In this document: piece by piece, positions 31,457 to 44,153 of the stretch | How the letters are laid out: each line of letters starts with the position of its first letter | Numbering within the stretch: the stretch's first letter is position 1 | NCBI GenBank assembly: GCA_030141605.1 | Contig: JAQGDQ010000663.1 | Location: 52,810-116,809, forward strand | Reading direction: 5' to 3' | From: Tubiluchus corallicola | Lineage: Eukaryota; Animalia; Priapulida | DNA length: 64,000 nt | Made by a program: the position numbers and the translations under genes | The notes under the pieces: generated by a model | Database searches by the model: none | What the model was told of the DNA's origin: nothing | The model's input: the letters and a program-made list of their open reading frames with translations, nothing else

Positions 31457-32565
31457 AGTTTAAACATAATTTATTTAGGATTAGATCAGACAGTTTGTAC
31501 AACATGATTTAAGATCTTCACCACAACAGACTTTATGCACTATTTACAAGAACATTTACAGTAAGAATAGACTATACTTAGTTTTTAGTATACTTTAGTA
31601 TACTAAAGTTTTACCACAGTGATACATTAGACATTAGTAAAAAATGACGGTTAGTAAATATTAATGTACGATTATTTAAGAATGATGCATTTTATATCAG
31701 ATAGAAACTACTGGAAGCGTTTAGTATATAATATGAAGTCATGTATACATTGGAATATTTTACAGTTAGTAACATAGTTAAATTCATCTTTACCGAATAA
31801 TAACAACTTCAACAGATCATTATTTCCTAAGACAGCTATATTAAGGTTTTCGGGCAGAAGTATTGCATTTAATTTATCAAACATAACTACCCTAGCTAGT
31901 TGATACAATGGGCATTGCAACAAAAAGTGTTCAACAGACTCAAATCGAAATCCACAGTTACAATTCGGCAATATTGGATGACCGTTATTATCTTTACAGC
32001 CTTTAGAGAAAAGGTCGTAGTTTAGCTGAGAAAATCCGATTCTCATGTGCGTATGATGCACTGATATTGGAGGTTTACCAAATGAAAAATGTTTCTTACG
32101 CAACGAAAAACTTAAATGAGATTTGAGCTCTTGTTTGAATTGTGATATAGATGTAATTTCACGAATGTTCTGTGGTAAGTTGTTCCACATGTTAATGGTC
32201 GATATGAAAAACGATTTTTCACAGCTAACAGAACGGCAATTAAAATTTCTGTATTTAGTACCACTGCGTATATAATAGGGGGTAACTTCGTTTACCTTTG
32301 GCGGCAGAATTACACTTAAATAGTGGGGCACTAAGTCATTGATTATTTTGAAAAAAGACATAGGCGATGATAATGGAAGCGTGTCACTAATTTAGTGAAG
32401 CCGCTGTCAGACAAGATACTTGCAGGGGAAAATCGAAACATAGCGCCAGAACAGATTCTAGCAGCAGTTAGCTGAATATTTTCTAAATTACCATTAATTT
32501 AGAATTTAGAAGACTTATCATTAATACCACGAAGGTACGTACGAGTATTCACTTTCCAGTTTAAG
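31457..32565 (-). mobile_element. 5'-truncated CR1/L2-like LINE inserted at the gag-protease junction
   Basis: ORF 31708-32361: FFKIINDLVPHYL, SFFISTINMWNNLP, CNCGFRFESVEHFLLQC (LINE C-terminal zinc knuckle); AATAAA-containing tail near 31465. Confidence 0.8.
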
Positions 32566-34400
32566 TTAGTGACTAAATCAAACTAGAGTACGTACAGATC
32601 CAGTAGAGTTTTGGCTCATACCAGAACCTGGTACAACAGGGTTATCACTTGGGGAAGTCGACCGCTCCACATTAGGACACTCCTTCCGAATGTATCCTTT
32701 CCGACCACAACTGTAACAACGAATGCTCCGTAAAGAATGACCAGATGAACCCCCACCCATATCTGGGTCATGACTACTTGGATATGTCGAATTCTCGAAT
32801 ACTCGTGCGTGATATACTTCCTTCACCACATCTCTTGCCACTTTATTCATCATCTGTATCAAATCTGCTAATCTGATGCCCGATTGGTTGTCTGGTTTCC
32901 TGTAGTTACTATACCAGTCATGCTGCATGCCTCTGGAGTCCATTTCCAAAGCTCTTGCTAAAGCTTCAGCTAAATTAGATGGCTTCGCTGCATGAACAAA
33001 CATCCTTAATTGTGGATCGTTGAAGCCGACAAGAAACTGATCACATGCTATCCGATCTACCACATTGTTATCGACATTAGCATAAGCACGAAATGCCAGA
33101 GTTTCTACTCATTCTGCAAAGGCTCTCAAATCTTCCCCCTTTCTTCGACAACAAGTTTGAAATTGTGCCCGACTTAATTCTTCTCGATTTGTGTGTCCGT
33201 ATCTGCGATCGAATGCTTCAAATAACGCTTGGCAACTTCTACGCTGCTCTGGAGTTGCATGTTCGAGCACAGCTACCTCTTTTCCTCTCAACCTAGCCGC
33301 AAGCTGATATGCAGCCTCTTCATCCGACCAACCATTTGCGTGAGCCACCATAGTGGACTGGACTTTGTACACCTTCCAATCTAGAGCTCCTGTCCCATCA
33401 AATTGAGGAACCTGCTGGTTTATTCTAAATTTGTGTTCAACTATATTGGCATTAGAAAAATTATTAGAAGCTGTTTTTTCATAATTATTACTAGCCCCTC
33501 GAAAATTATTAGGAGTTTGTAAACGAGTAGCTTCACTACCAAAATCCCCCCTTTCAGGTATAGGACTAATACAAACCGGCACATTTTTAACAATAGACTG
33601 CTGACCATAATTAACTGTAACATCTGTCAGTAATTGACGCAATTGCACGATCTCTTGTTGAAGACCGCTCAATACTTATCACTGCCCGATGCAGCAAACT
33701 GCGGAAACAAATCAGGCTTGCAAGCACAAGCTTCATTTAGGTGGAAATTTGGCCGGAAACAAAAGCAGGCTGATGCAAACTAAATTTACCAAGAGCCAGA
33801 GTACAGCCAGGAAAATAAGCAGTTATTTTGCAATCTGTTGAAAGCCTACTAACTGACTGACAGTTAATCACCTGGTAAACTGTTGCTAGTGGCCAACCAA
33901 ATTTAAATCTATGGTCTGGATACGTGGAACTACAGTTAATCACATTCTGATCAACTGTTCCATTGCCAGTGAGCAATTTCCCACCACTGGACCCACCTGC
34001 ACTGTCATAAATTTTCTCACATGCAAAACTACCATTTCCGTCACCGTCTGTGTCCTCGTCCATGTGATCGCTCATCAACGCCTGGCTAGCCCTACATACA
34101 CCCTTCATTTCTAACTGAGAAGGGGGCCTTATTGGCCACCTCAGCGGTTTTGTAAACATTAATTTCGCTTTCCCTCGCTTGGATCTCATTTTTGGCACTA
34201 TCCCGATTCTGTGCACCATCGTTACCCATTGCCATCTCGTCACACTGTCTATAACTGTAGTCGTTACTCAATTCCGTATTATAATATAAGATACAACTCT
34301 ATGTTGTACCAACCTCGCTATTTGTCAGGACGTGTTAATGAAAGAGCGTGTCAAACCTCTCTAGACAGACCATTCACCAACCATGTTGGATAGTAAACAC

Positions 34401-36060
34401 CAATTCAATTCAATTCAATTCAATTATTTATTATCTCCGTTAGAACGATAAAAATACAGTATAAAGAATACATGGAATATTTTGAAGCAAAGGAGAAGGG
34501 CAGCGAAGAACCCGTAGGTTATCAAGTCAGCCACCCTTAAATAGTTATGATTAAATAAACTTAATTATGGCGTCGTTATCAATTTAAATTTGTATTCGGT
34601 TGATGTGTGTTAATTTGGCAATTGAATGATAGGTATCGTAATACTGTAGAACATATAGTTTAAATAACGAAAGATTTACAATTCTAAAATACTATGAATC
34701 ATGCGAAGCAAACACAATAAAAATAACTTGAGATTTTTAAGATAACAGAATATGCATAATTTGAGCATTAACTAAAAAATCCGGCAAAAAAACAAAAAAC
34801 AGTAGAATGATCAACCAAAGCTGCCGAGAAAAAAATATAATAGATTAAACCAAGGAAAAATAAGGCACATATAAATCATACAAAACAAAACAAGAAACAG
34901 AAGCAAATAAGAAAAACAAAACTGAAATGTTGTAATAATAACATCAATGACTGAATTTGTTGAGAAAGAAAATATAATAAATTAAACCATCGAAAAACTA
35001 TTTCAACTGTAAATCAGACAAAATGAAATCAAAATATAACAAAAACTTAAACAAAATCTTTAAGTGTCGTAGCAATGAAAAAAATATGTATAGTATTACA
35101 AGTATATAAGCAAAATGTCTCATTTATTTGTATCCTGCAATAAGTTGTTTTTTATAGTTTAAAATTAACTTTTTGTAGTTACTGGACTTTAACTGGTCTG
35201 GTAATGAATTCCACAGCAAAGATCCTTGGTGTTTTAAAGAATTCTGGCCTTTAGATGAATTAAATCTTTCAATAAAATAAGATTGGGTTGTAGCAAACCT
35301 AGTAGAGTGGTGATGCATGTGACATGCTAAAGTATAATAATTGCTGAAGAGATCTGGAAGTGAATTATTTTTGAATTTATGTACAAACTTGAGCAATTCT
35401 AATTTATACAGATCATGTACTTTTAGTAGATTTAATTGCAAATACAATGTTGTTACATGTTCCCTTTTACTAGTAAATGTTATAAGTTTGATAATCTTGT
35501 TTTGTTTAGAAACCAATGATTTTAAGACCGATGCTGAAGCACTACCCCAGGAGAGAATGCCACAACTCAGATATGGCATGACAAGAGAAGAATATAAGAG
35601 CCATAGTGCATCTACATTTATGTAGTGTCGTATTTTAGCTAATACACCACTTAATTTGCTAATTTTGTTGACTATATGCTGTACATGTGTTTTCCAAGTA
35701 ATTCTACTATCTATAAATATGCCAAGATATTTGATTTCTTGGGTAGATTGAATAGTACAACCTCCCATGTTTCGGTTTAAACTATTGTTATGTTGCTTGT
35801 TTCCAACTAACATATATTTTGTTTTTTTATCATTTATCGATAGCTTATTTGCTTGCATCCATTTATTAATATTGTCCAGTTCCACATTTACTGAATGTTC
35901 TAATGTTTTGATATTTTGGTGTGATAAAAATAAGTTTGTATCGTCTGCAAACAATCTGGTGTTAAATTGCGAACAAGATGGCAGATCGTTAATATATAAA
36001 AGAAATAACAATGGACCCAATGTAGAACCCTGTGGGACACCAACAAACTGTAATTAGTCA
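34401..36060 (-). mobile_element. 5'-truncated CR1/L2 (Crack-like) LINE inserted into the 5' LTR
   Basis: GVPQGSTLGPLLFLLYINDLP..FADDT..KYLGIFID, open to 35124; long 3' UTR ending in (TTGAA)n at 34401-34425; TAAACAC direct repeat at 34394-34400 and 36061-36067. Confidence 0.88.
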
Positions 36061-36204
36061 TAAACACTAATTGTATTAATTTCCAGAACATCAGACAAAG
36101 AGCAAGCAGACGGAAAACTGAACTTCGTCTCCCTCTCTCTTGGCAAGAACAGAAATCTTCTTCCTGCTTACAAGAGCGTATCTGTGGGCAATGCCCACGC
36201 TACA

Positions 36205-38455
36205 ATATCATTTATATAGATAAGAAATAATAGAGGCCTAATTATCGAACCTTGAAGTACTCCACAACTAACTGTTTGCTTATTATATTTAGAAGAATTT
36301 GTGCCATTACATCTGGCAGACTGTCTTTGAACTTATTATAAGTAGCCTTTAAATCTTGAAAGTGCAGTCCTCCTAATTCCATAGAATGAGAGTTTGTGCA
36401 GGAGAATGTTATGGTCCACTATGTTGAATGTTTTTGATAAATCACAAAAAATACCAGCAGTAATAGAGTTATTTTCAATAGCTTTAACTAGTTCATTGCT
36501 TGCATTTATTAAGTCGAGTTCTGTGGAACATTCTTTATGAAACCCAGGCTGCTTATCATTTGATATGTGGTATTTATCTAGAAATTTATTTGATTGATTA
36601 TGAACACATCTTTCAAGACACTTTGAAAAGATGGGGAGCAAGCACACCACCTATAATTATTCATTATGGTTGCATCCTTGATTTAAATAAAGGCACAACT
36701 GAAGCTAATTTAATATTATCAGGAACTGTTCTGGTGCTTAGAAAGGCATTGGTTAAATGACATAATGGTAATGAAATTTTTATGAATTACGTCTAATACA
36801 ATCCTAGGAGAAAAATGATAAATATCAGAACTTTTATTAGGATTAAAGGTTCTACTGATTTTTATTATGTCCGCAAAAATGACCGGAGAAAAGAAAAAGG
36901 AATTCATATAATTTCCGTGTAAATAATGTTCACAATTTACTGCTATGGGACCGACTTGGTTAGCTAAGTTTCTGCCAATGTTAGCAAAATATTTATTGAA
37001 ATTATCAGGCATTAAGGAATTATTAGGCATTATTTTGTTATTTATATTTAGTTTGATGTGGGCATTAAATTTTGTTCGATTCATCACCCCTTTCATTACA
37101 ACCCAGGTTCTTTTTATATTTTTAGAAACGAACTCTAATTTGCTTTTTATTGTAAGTATCTATAGAAATTCTTATAAGATTGCTTAATTCATTGTGTAAC
37201 TTTCTGTAATGGATACTTTTTGTAACTGGCATTTTCTTTCAGTGTAGATTTCTACAGTTTGTTTTTTTTGGTTAATAAATTTTAATAAACCATAAACGTT
37301 CCATGGCTTTTTAGGTTCTGTAGATGATCTGACGGAATTCTTCTCTTTAATCGCACAAAGGAGAGACACCTGAAAACTTTTTATAGAATAGTTCCATTGC
37401 TGAATTAACATCATTACTGGCTAAGGCATCATCCCAGGAAGTATTATTTAAATCTTGTTTCAAATGTCTTTTAACAGCATCATTATAAGTAATTCTCCTG
37501 GGTTGTCTTTTAGTGACAGACTGTATTTTTAAATCAATTATAGCAAAAATAGATAAGTGGTCTGTAATATCAGTAAGCATAGCACAAGCCTTATAGTCAT
37601 ATTCTGTTGTATTAGTAAATATATTATCAATAAGAGTAGCAGAAAATTCAGTAATCCTGGTTGGGAGAGTTATAGAAGGAAATACATAATTAGATAGCAT
37701 ATTATTCAGGAAGTATTCAACGTCATTATGTTCAGCGTGATTGAGTAAGTTTACGTTGAAACGGTAATATATTTTAAACCATTATTAACTGTGTTTAAAG
37801 CATTTGAAATTTTCTTCAGGAAAGTAATCGGGTGGCTGATGGACACTCCCCACTGCAACATTTTTATGCTGCACTTGTAGAATTTCAACAAAAAGTGCCT
37901 CGATATCGTCATCAGAGATTGATAAATCATTGCGTTGAACAAATGTAAGGTCATCTCGAATATAAAGCGCTACACCACCCCCGTTTTTATTAGGTCGATT
38001 AATACACGCAGAATTATCCAGGTAAATTAAAAGTTAGGCCATCGTCGTCTTTTAACCATATTTCTGTTAATATATATATATATGTGTATATTCTGAAAAT
38101 ATATGGTTTAGATTCTCTAAATATGCGCAAAAGTGATCAAAGTTTGCTTTACACTCCCAATATTTAAACGCAACAAAGAGAGCGTGTTGTCGAACTTTAA
38201 ATTACCACGCAAAGAAGAAAGTTGATCCTCATCATAATATTTGCTCCCTTGAAATTTAAGTAGTTAAAATGTTTTTATCTGGGTCATCATTCTCGTTACC
38301 ATCAGAATCAAAATCATTAATATCATCAAATATATGTAAATTGTAAAATTTGTTGTCTAAAATTGAGCCCAAGTTAGAAAATCTGGAATATAATTTAAAT
38401 TGGTTATCATCTATTAAGTAATTAAATGGAAATATATAGCTTGGAGGCACCATTC
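36205..38455 (-). mobile_element. Decayed CR1/L2-type LINE ORF2 (endonuclease + RT N-half) interrupted by the Gypsy LTR
   Basis: APE motifs PTRITEFSATLIDNIF, TDITDHLSIF; RT motifs LPIFSKCLER, GIFCDLSKTF, CGVLQGS..PLLFLIYINDI ending exactly at the LTR. Confidence 0.85.
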
Positions 38456-39544
38456 ACAGTACCAACTGTTCACATCAGTTGCCTAATGTTCATAATCTGC
38501 TAAATTTAGAGAAGAACATTTTAGATATACCCACATCCCACAACAATCACAAAACATCTCAAGCTGATTACTTTTTGACTGATTTTTTGCATGACTTACA
38601 TGGAAAATTTATCACGACGTTAGCAATGATGAGTGAAATGAAATTATTAGATGAAGACAATTAAAAAAAGGATAAAGTAAATCAATTAACAGGTAAAAAG
38701 TGTAGACTGGGAAGATACAAGGAAAGGTGATATGAGAAGCCAGAACGCAAGCTGTAATGACAAAAGAAATCACACAATGTACATCATTTCACTGCAAAAA
38801 CATAAGATTGTGAAAGTCCGAATATCAAGGTCCATTTCAACTATTGTTAGAAAAAAATATATTTGACCGGTAGCTAATTTAAAAAAAAAACAGTACGAAG
38901 TTTAAAGTGCTATAACTAAAACAAAGGGACAATTTATTCTTGACTAAGTTTTAGGATTGAATTGTTATAAATGTCTGATATAATGATTGTGATTGTAATT
39001 TGCAGAGTATAGATTTAATCAACAAACTGTGACTGCTAGAGTGGATGGTTGTTCAATGTCAACAATAACAAATTCAGTATTCAAATATTTTTAATCGTTT
39101 TCTGTACAGCAATGATTTTAAGTTTTTAAAAACGGATTTTGTTGGAGGTTCTATTTGAAGTGCGTGTTTAATTTTATCGATTATATTTCTGTGAGTGGTT
39201 GTGTAGGTAGGGGCCCCAGTGCACTGTTTTTGCCCAGGGGTCTACAATGTCTCGGAAAGCGCAGTCTCGAGAAATGATCGAAGTTTACAAGGTGTGAAGT
39301 TTCATTTGAAGAGATTTTCACTGAGTAAAATAGGATTGGTTTATTATATAAAATTGTTTTTCAAGGTCACACTCTTCTTGGCTGTTCGCTATTAAAAACA
39401 TCCATCATCTTTGCCATCCAGAAGATAATTAGAATTTTTAATGCAGTTTCTAATAATTATTATGTCTGATAATAGTCGTCATATAAAAACAAATGCAACA
39501 TTATTAGCTTCTGTAACTTTTTCGAGTAGGCATAATTACATTTT

Positions 39545-40085
39545 CCTAGCACTAAACTTTCTCAGTATCGAATTTTCTAAATGCCAAACTTTTTCAGTAC
39601 TAAAATTTCCTAGTACCAAATTTGTTTCGCACCATTTTGCCTTGCTTGATACAACAGCAAGAATGCTTAACAAAACTTTGCTAGTACTGTATTTACCAGT
39701 ACCATATTTTCTCTGTAGCAAATTTTCCCAGTACCAAAATATCCGTGCACCAAAAATTCCTAGTACCAAATTTTCCCGGTACGAAGAATTCCTCGTACGA
39801 AAATTATCAGGACCAAACTTACTAGTACCAAACTTACCTGTACCAAACTTACCAGTACCAAACTTACTTGTACCAAACTTACCTGTACCAAACTTACCTG
39901 TACCAAACCTACCAGTACTAAACTTACCTGTACTAAAATTACTTGTACCAAACTTACCAGTACCAAACTTACCTGTACCAAACTTACCTGTACTAAACTT
40001 ACTTGTATCAAACTTACCTGTACCAAACTTACCTGTACTAAACTTACCTGTACCAAACTTACCAGTACCAAACTTACTGCGCACC
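39545..40085. repeat. 15-bp minisatellite (GTACCAAACTTACCT), probably the arm of a foldback/Mutator-like MITE
   Basis: About 18 homogeneous units at 39812-40078, preceded by degenerate units; arms end in GCACC (39633, 40085). Accounts for the spurious ORFs at 39441-40163. Confidence 0.85.
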
Positions 40086-40444
40086 GTCATGATCGACTTC
40101 ATGAGTTTTTCTCGTTTTCTGCCCCTCAGTAGAAGCCTAAATGTTCTTAACGTTAACTTTTAATTTTTTAATGTAAAAATTTTAATACAGTTGTGTTGTT
40201 TTTTTTAGCTAAATGTTCTGTCTTCACGGATATATAAGTTTAGTAATTCGTTTGTTCATTTTAGCGTACCTGTTTTAAAGTTATTCTGAAATATTTTTGT
40301 ACTTTTAGCAATCACGTGATCTATGATCTCTTCTTATCGTAAATTATTAAGAATTGTTCTTTTTGTTTATAAACAAACTAACTATTTATAATGAATTCGA
40401 AAATTGTATGCTCAGTTCGTGTACTTTTTGGTCAATATAGTTCA

Positions 40445-40760
40445 CTTTGTGTTATGTTATACTATGTTGTTATATTGTGTTGTGTTGCATTGCCTTGTGC
40501 TGTGTTATGCTATGTTATATCATGCCGTGTCATATCATGTCTTGCCATGTAATGTGATGCTGTGTTAAATTACATTATATCTATATCATGCTTATTTTTG
40601 AATTAATGAATCACACATTTTATAATAATAATAGATCATGTCGTGGCATGTCATATCATGTCATGTCATGTTATGTCATGTCATGTGATGTGATGTAATG
40701 CTGTGTTATATTACGTTATGTCATGCTTATTTTTGAATTAATGAATCACACATTTATTAA
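40445..40760. repeat. Degenerate pentanucleotide repeat (ATGTC/GTGTT) with an internal direct duplication
   Basis: Runs of tgtca/tgtta; tcatgcttatttttgaattaatgaatcacacattt occurs twice (~40586, ~40721). Confidence 0.75.
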
Positions 40761-41146
40761 CAGTAATAAATTACCTATGAATATTAAAGACCTTTTGTTA
40801 ATATTAAAATTAAATGTTTTACTTATTAGAGAGAAAGAATTTTAATTGCCTAGCTCGGGTCAGGAAATTCACAGTGTGTGTAGACTGGGTTGGGGAAGGA
40901 CATTTGGCGTCATTTTGTTTTCCGTTAGTTCACATCTCCTCCCAGGGCTGTTAGTTTTCATTTTTCCACAGTTATTTAGCTATTGTGGGGCAGATGTGCA
41001 CGTAAAATTTTTAAATAAGCTAGAACTCCCTAAGAGCCCGAGACTCCGAGATAGGAGCAAAATGTGAAAATTATGCCAACCGGTGTTAGTATACACGGGC
41101 GCCGCTAGAGTTTAAAAAATTGACGCACAAAGAGGTAGGGTGAGCT

Positions 41147-41317
41147 ACCCCAACAGTGTCCGAGGTGGTGGAGGCTGTAAGCTTCCCCAACGGTGTCCGA
41201 GGTGGTGGAGGCTGTAAGCTTCCCCAACGGTGTCCGAGGTGGTGGAGGCTGTAAGCTTTCCCAACAGTGTCCGAGGTGGTGGAGGCTGTAAGCTTCCCCA
41301 ATAGTGTCCGAGGTGGA
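41147..41317. repeat. 37-bp GC-rich minisatellite, ~4.5 copies
   Basis: gtgtccgaggtggtggaggctgtaagcttccccaac(a/g) at 41156, 41193, 41230, 41267, 41304. Confidence 0.93.
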
Positions 41318-44153
41318 GCCATGGACACCAATGCATTTTCCTGTATTTAATGGAGGCCGCAAATAAGATCTAAATTGTGGTACATAGACTTCCTCAAACG
41401 TGAAAAATTCTGCTTTAATATATATGTATTTTACCTACATTTACCTAAGTAATATTCATTGTATTTTATTGTAGTGTCTTAAAAGCAAGTTCGTAATACA
41501 TTGCTGCGGCTGACCCATTACTTAAACTTAATTTATTTAGTGTCTACCCAGCAAAATGTGGATACTCAAACATAAAACTGATTTGAGACTGTCAAATTTT
41601 ACAGCCCACTCAACGTTCATATGAAATTTAATAAGTTTGGATGCGTGCTAATTATTCCCACGTGACACAGCTAAACGGCAGAACGTCTCGACCACACGTG
41701 CGTTTTACTGCATTTTAGACCATTTTGCGGTTCCTAGAAGCTATTTCCTCAGGCAAGTTCACTAGTTTAAAACTCATTATTGCTCAAACAAACAAGTGTT
41801 TCTTGGTTTACTGCTAAAAAATTATTTAGCCATAAAAAAATTTAATTTAAGAAATTCTGTTGACGCATGTACGTCCGCCTGCGGGCGCCCATGTTAGTAT
41901 GCATCTCCTTGCTAAAGTTGCGAGTTTTTTAAAATTTTCTACAATATGTAAATATTGTGGAGCAGATGTGTACCTGGCGTTTTAAAAAAAGCTAGTGTTC
42001 CTTAAGGTCCTGAGAAAGGAGCCAATGCCAGTAAACGGGGTCATGTCAATTACTCCATAAATATAAGCACAACCTAAAATCGTGAAACTTCCAGGCTGGA
42101 AACCTGAGATAGATTCTCAGAGAATGGTATAGAAAAGATGTCGATGAAATGAACTGAATGGTATAACTGGGCAGGAAATTAGTTGACCTTTAACCAACGG
42201 ATCTTTCAACGCCTAATTCTGTAACTGTTGTGTGCAAAATATTCAGTTTCTTACCATGTGAGGAACATTGTCAACTAATTGTTACTGAGTTGCTTGATTT
42301 TCGTCCTGAGGCTGAAACGGCTCATTACAACCCCTCGCGTGATGAAAATGAAGTGTTCGGTATCAAGGAGCAGGTCAGTAATCCCGGAACAGTATAAGCT
42401 ACAGAAATGGTAAAATTGTCAAATGTATTTTCCTTTGGGTTAATAATGAACTATATTTGTCTTCAGCTATAGTTCGGTGAACTATAGTTATACTAGCTCG
42501 GTGAAGTTGGTTGAGTTATAAACTTTGTTTACATGCAATTTTTATGTACCCATATAAGAATAAATTTCTATCTATCTATCTATAGTTATAATGGATATAC
42601 ATTCACCTTCATCGTTTGTTTTACACAGCAATAAACGAATAAACATTACGTAACATCGTCTTCCGCCACCAACTAAGACCGCTCTACGTTGAGTTTGGGA
42701 ATCAGAAGTTAGCTTTCCGTAACTAGATCTCCGTTTACAATCAGCCATAATAATAAAGATTTCTAGATTATGAATTTGTAATTATTGTCAACAAGCAATT
42801 GTTGAAGTTATTAGCTGAGAGAATTCATTCAGGTTTTGGGAACACTGATGTACGTAACTAACGTCTGAGATAGCGTACATCGACTAGTGACTGTACACTA
42901 TCCGCTTTGTACAGATATGGATTAGCAACATAAATGTTAACTATAACAAATTAATTAGTTTTTATAGTCTTTTTAATCGACAAAACATTGAAAATAACCT
43001 TGCCGTGTGATACCGCCATGTTTATCGATGTTTAAACAACTTTCTGTTATAAGACACCGTATTTTATTTGCAAACATTGCTAAGGTGGTTAAAGCCACTT
43101 ATGCATTGCAATTTTAACCGTAATAGGTGTTAAGAAAACGTCAGCTAATGTTACGTACCATGTACGCTAATGTGAATTACGTACCATTGTATAACGTATT
43201 GGAATATTAGAATATATACCTATATTTTTTCGAAGATATTATTGTACTGAAAAATGAATACTACACTGTAGTTAAACCTTACTAACTGCCGTCAAAATTA
43301 TTGTCAAGTGGTTTTACACATGTGAAGTGGAATCGTGCAGAAAATGAAGAAAAATTCATAAGCGATTTAAAACCAAAAGCATTAACTGAACTCAGACACG
43401 AATTTCGGGAACATTAACATTAAAAAACCTCATACAATGTAACAAAACAGTGAGAGTTATTATGGGCCTATATAATCTATAATACATAAAAACATTTATA
43501 ATGATATAAATTTTAAGATCTTTTCTGTTTTGCATTTTACTTCATTTTCAGCAAAATTTATGTACTGTCACTTTTCCTGAACTTACCACTCTGTAAACAA
43601 GCAATAAATGGTAAAATTCGACCAAAATATTATTATACTTAGGAAAGTCAAGTTCAGTCAGACCTGACTAAAGGTTATAGGTAACTGCCATGCCGCCTCA
43701 CGTGAGAAATATTTAGTGTGATGAATAATTATGCAAGCAATTCATAAGAATCAATCATAAATCAATTCGTGATTTAATGGGACTATTATCACTGCATGAA
43801 TTTCACGCCCCAAACCAAATCCTTTGCTGTGTTTACTGCAGTATCGATCATAACAAGTTTCTATAACAAGTCATTTTGTCAATTGTCAACTGAAGAAGAA
43901 CTGCACTTTTTCCTCTTGAGCGGTGATCCTCGGGCGGTTGTGGTCACAAGTCAATCTGTTGCTGAAGTCAACCAAAGAGTACGTCTCCCATTTACACGTG
44001 CTCTAGAAATTTTTTTACATTTTATCTTATCTGAAAAGTTGTAAGTATTAAAAAGTAAAAGCAACTTCACGCGTTAGTAGCTACTTAATCACGATAAATT
44101 GCGATATTAATAGAACAGAGATTTTAATTAATTTTGATTCTAGTGAGTTAAAG

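Larger units (their letters stand above)
28056..36204 (-). mobile_element. Near-complete but inactivated Ty3/Gypsy LTR retrotransposon (gag-PR-RT-RH-IN) carrying nested LINEs
   Basis: Gag 33672-32578 (PQFDG; CYSCGRKGYIRKEC knuckle with His>Tyr); protease C-half VLGLDWL; RT YPLPRI, LDLKSGYHQ, YLDD; RNase H ILDTDA, YCATRKELLAV; integrase GHFG..KT..RFYW, LHSDQG. PPT AAAGGAGGGGGTAG (28231-28244), PBS-like TGGTGCACAGAATCGGGAT (34200-34218), ATAT on both flanks (28052-28055, 36205-36208). Confidence 0.9.

Noticed and set aside
33737-34243. Extra 168-aa ORF upstream of gag
   Set aside because: Overlaps the PBS and 5' leader, has no recognisable motif and a non-ATG start; cannot be supported as a gene.
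39441-40163. Long ORFs on both strands (NLPVP / GTGKF pentapeptide repeats)
   Set aside because: Translation of a stop-free 15-bp minisatellite; no splice or homology support.
41147-41317. 37-bp repeat of CRISPR-like length and its ORFs
   Set aside because: Plain tandem repeat without spacers; the ORFs are by-products of the repeat.
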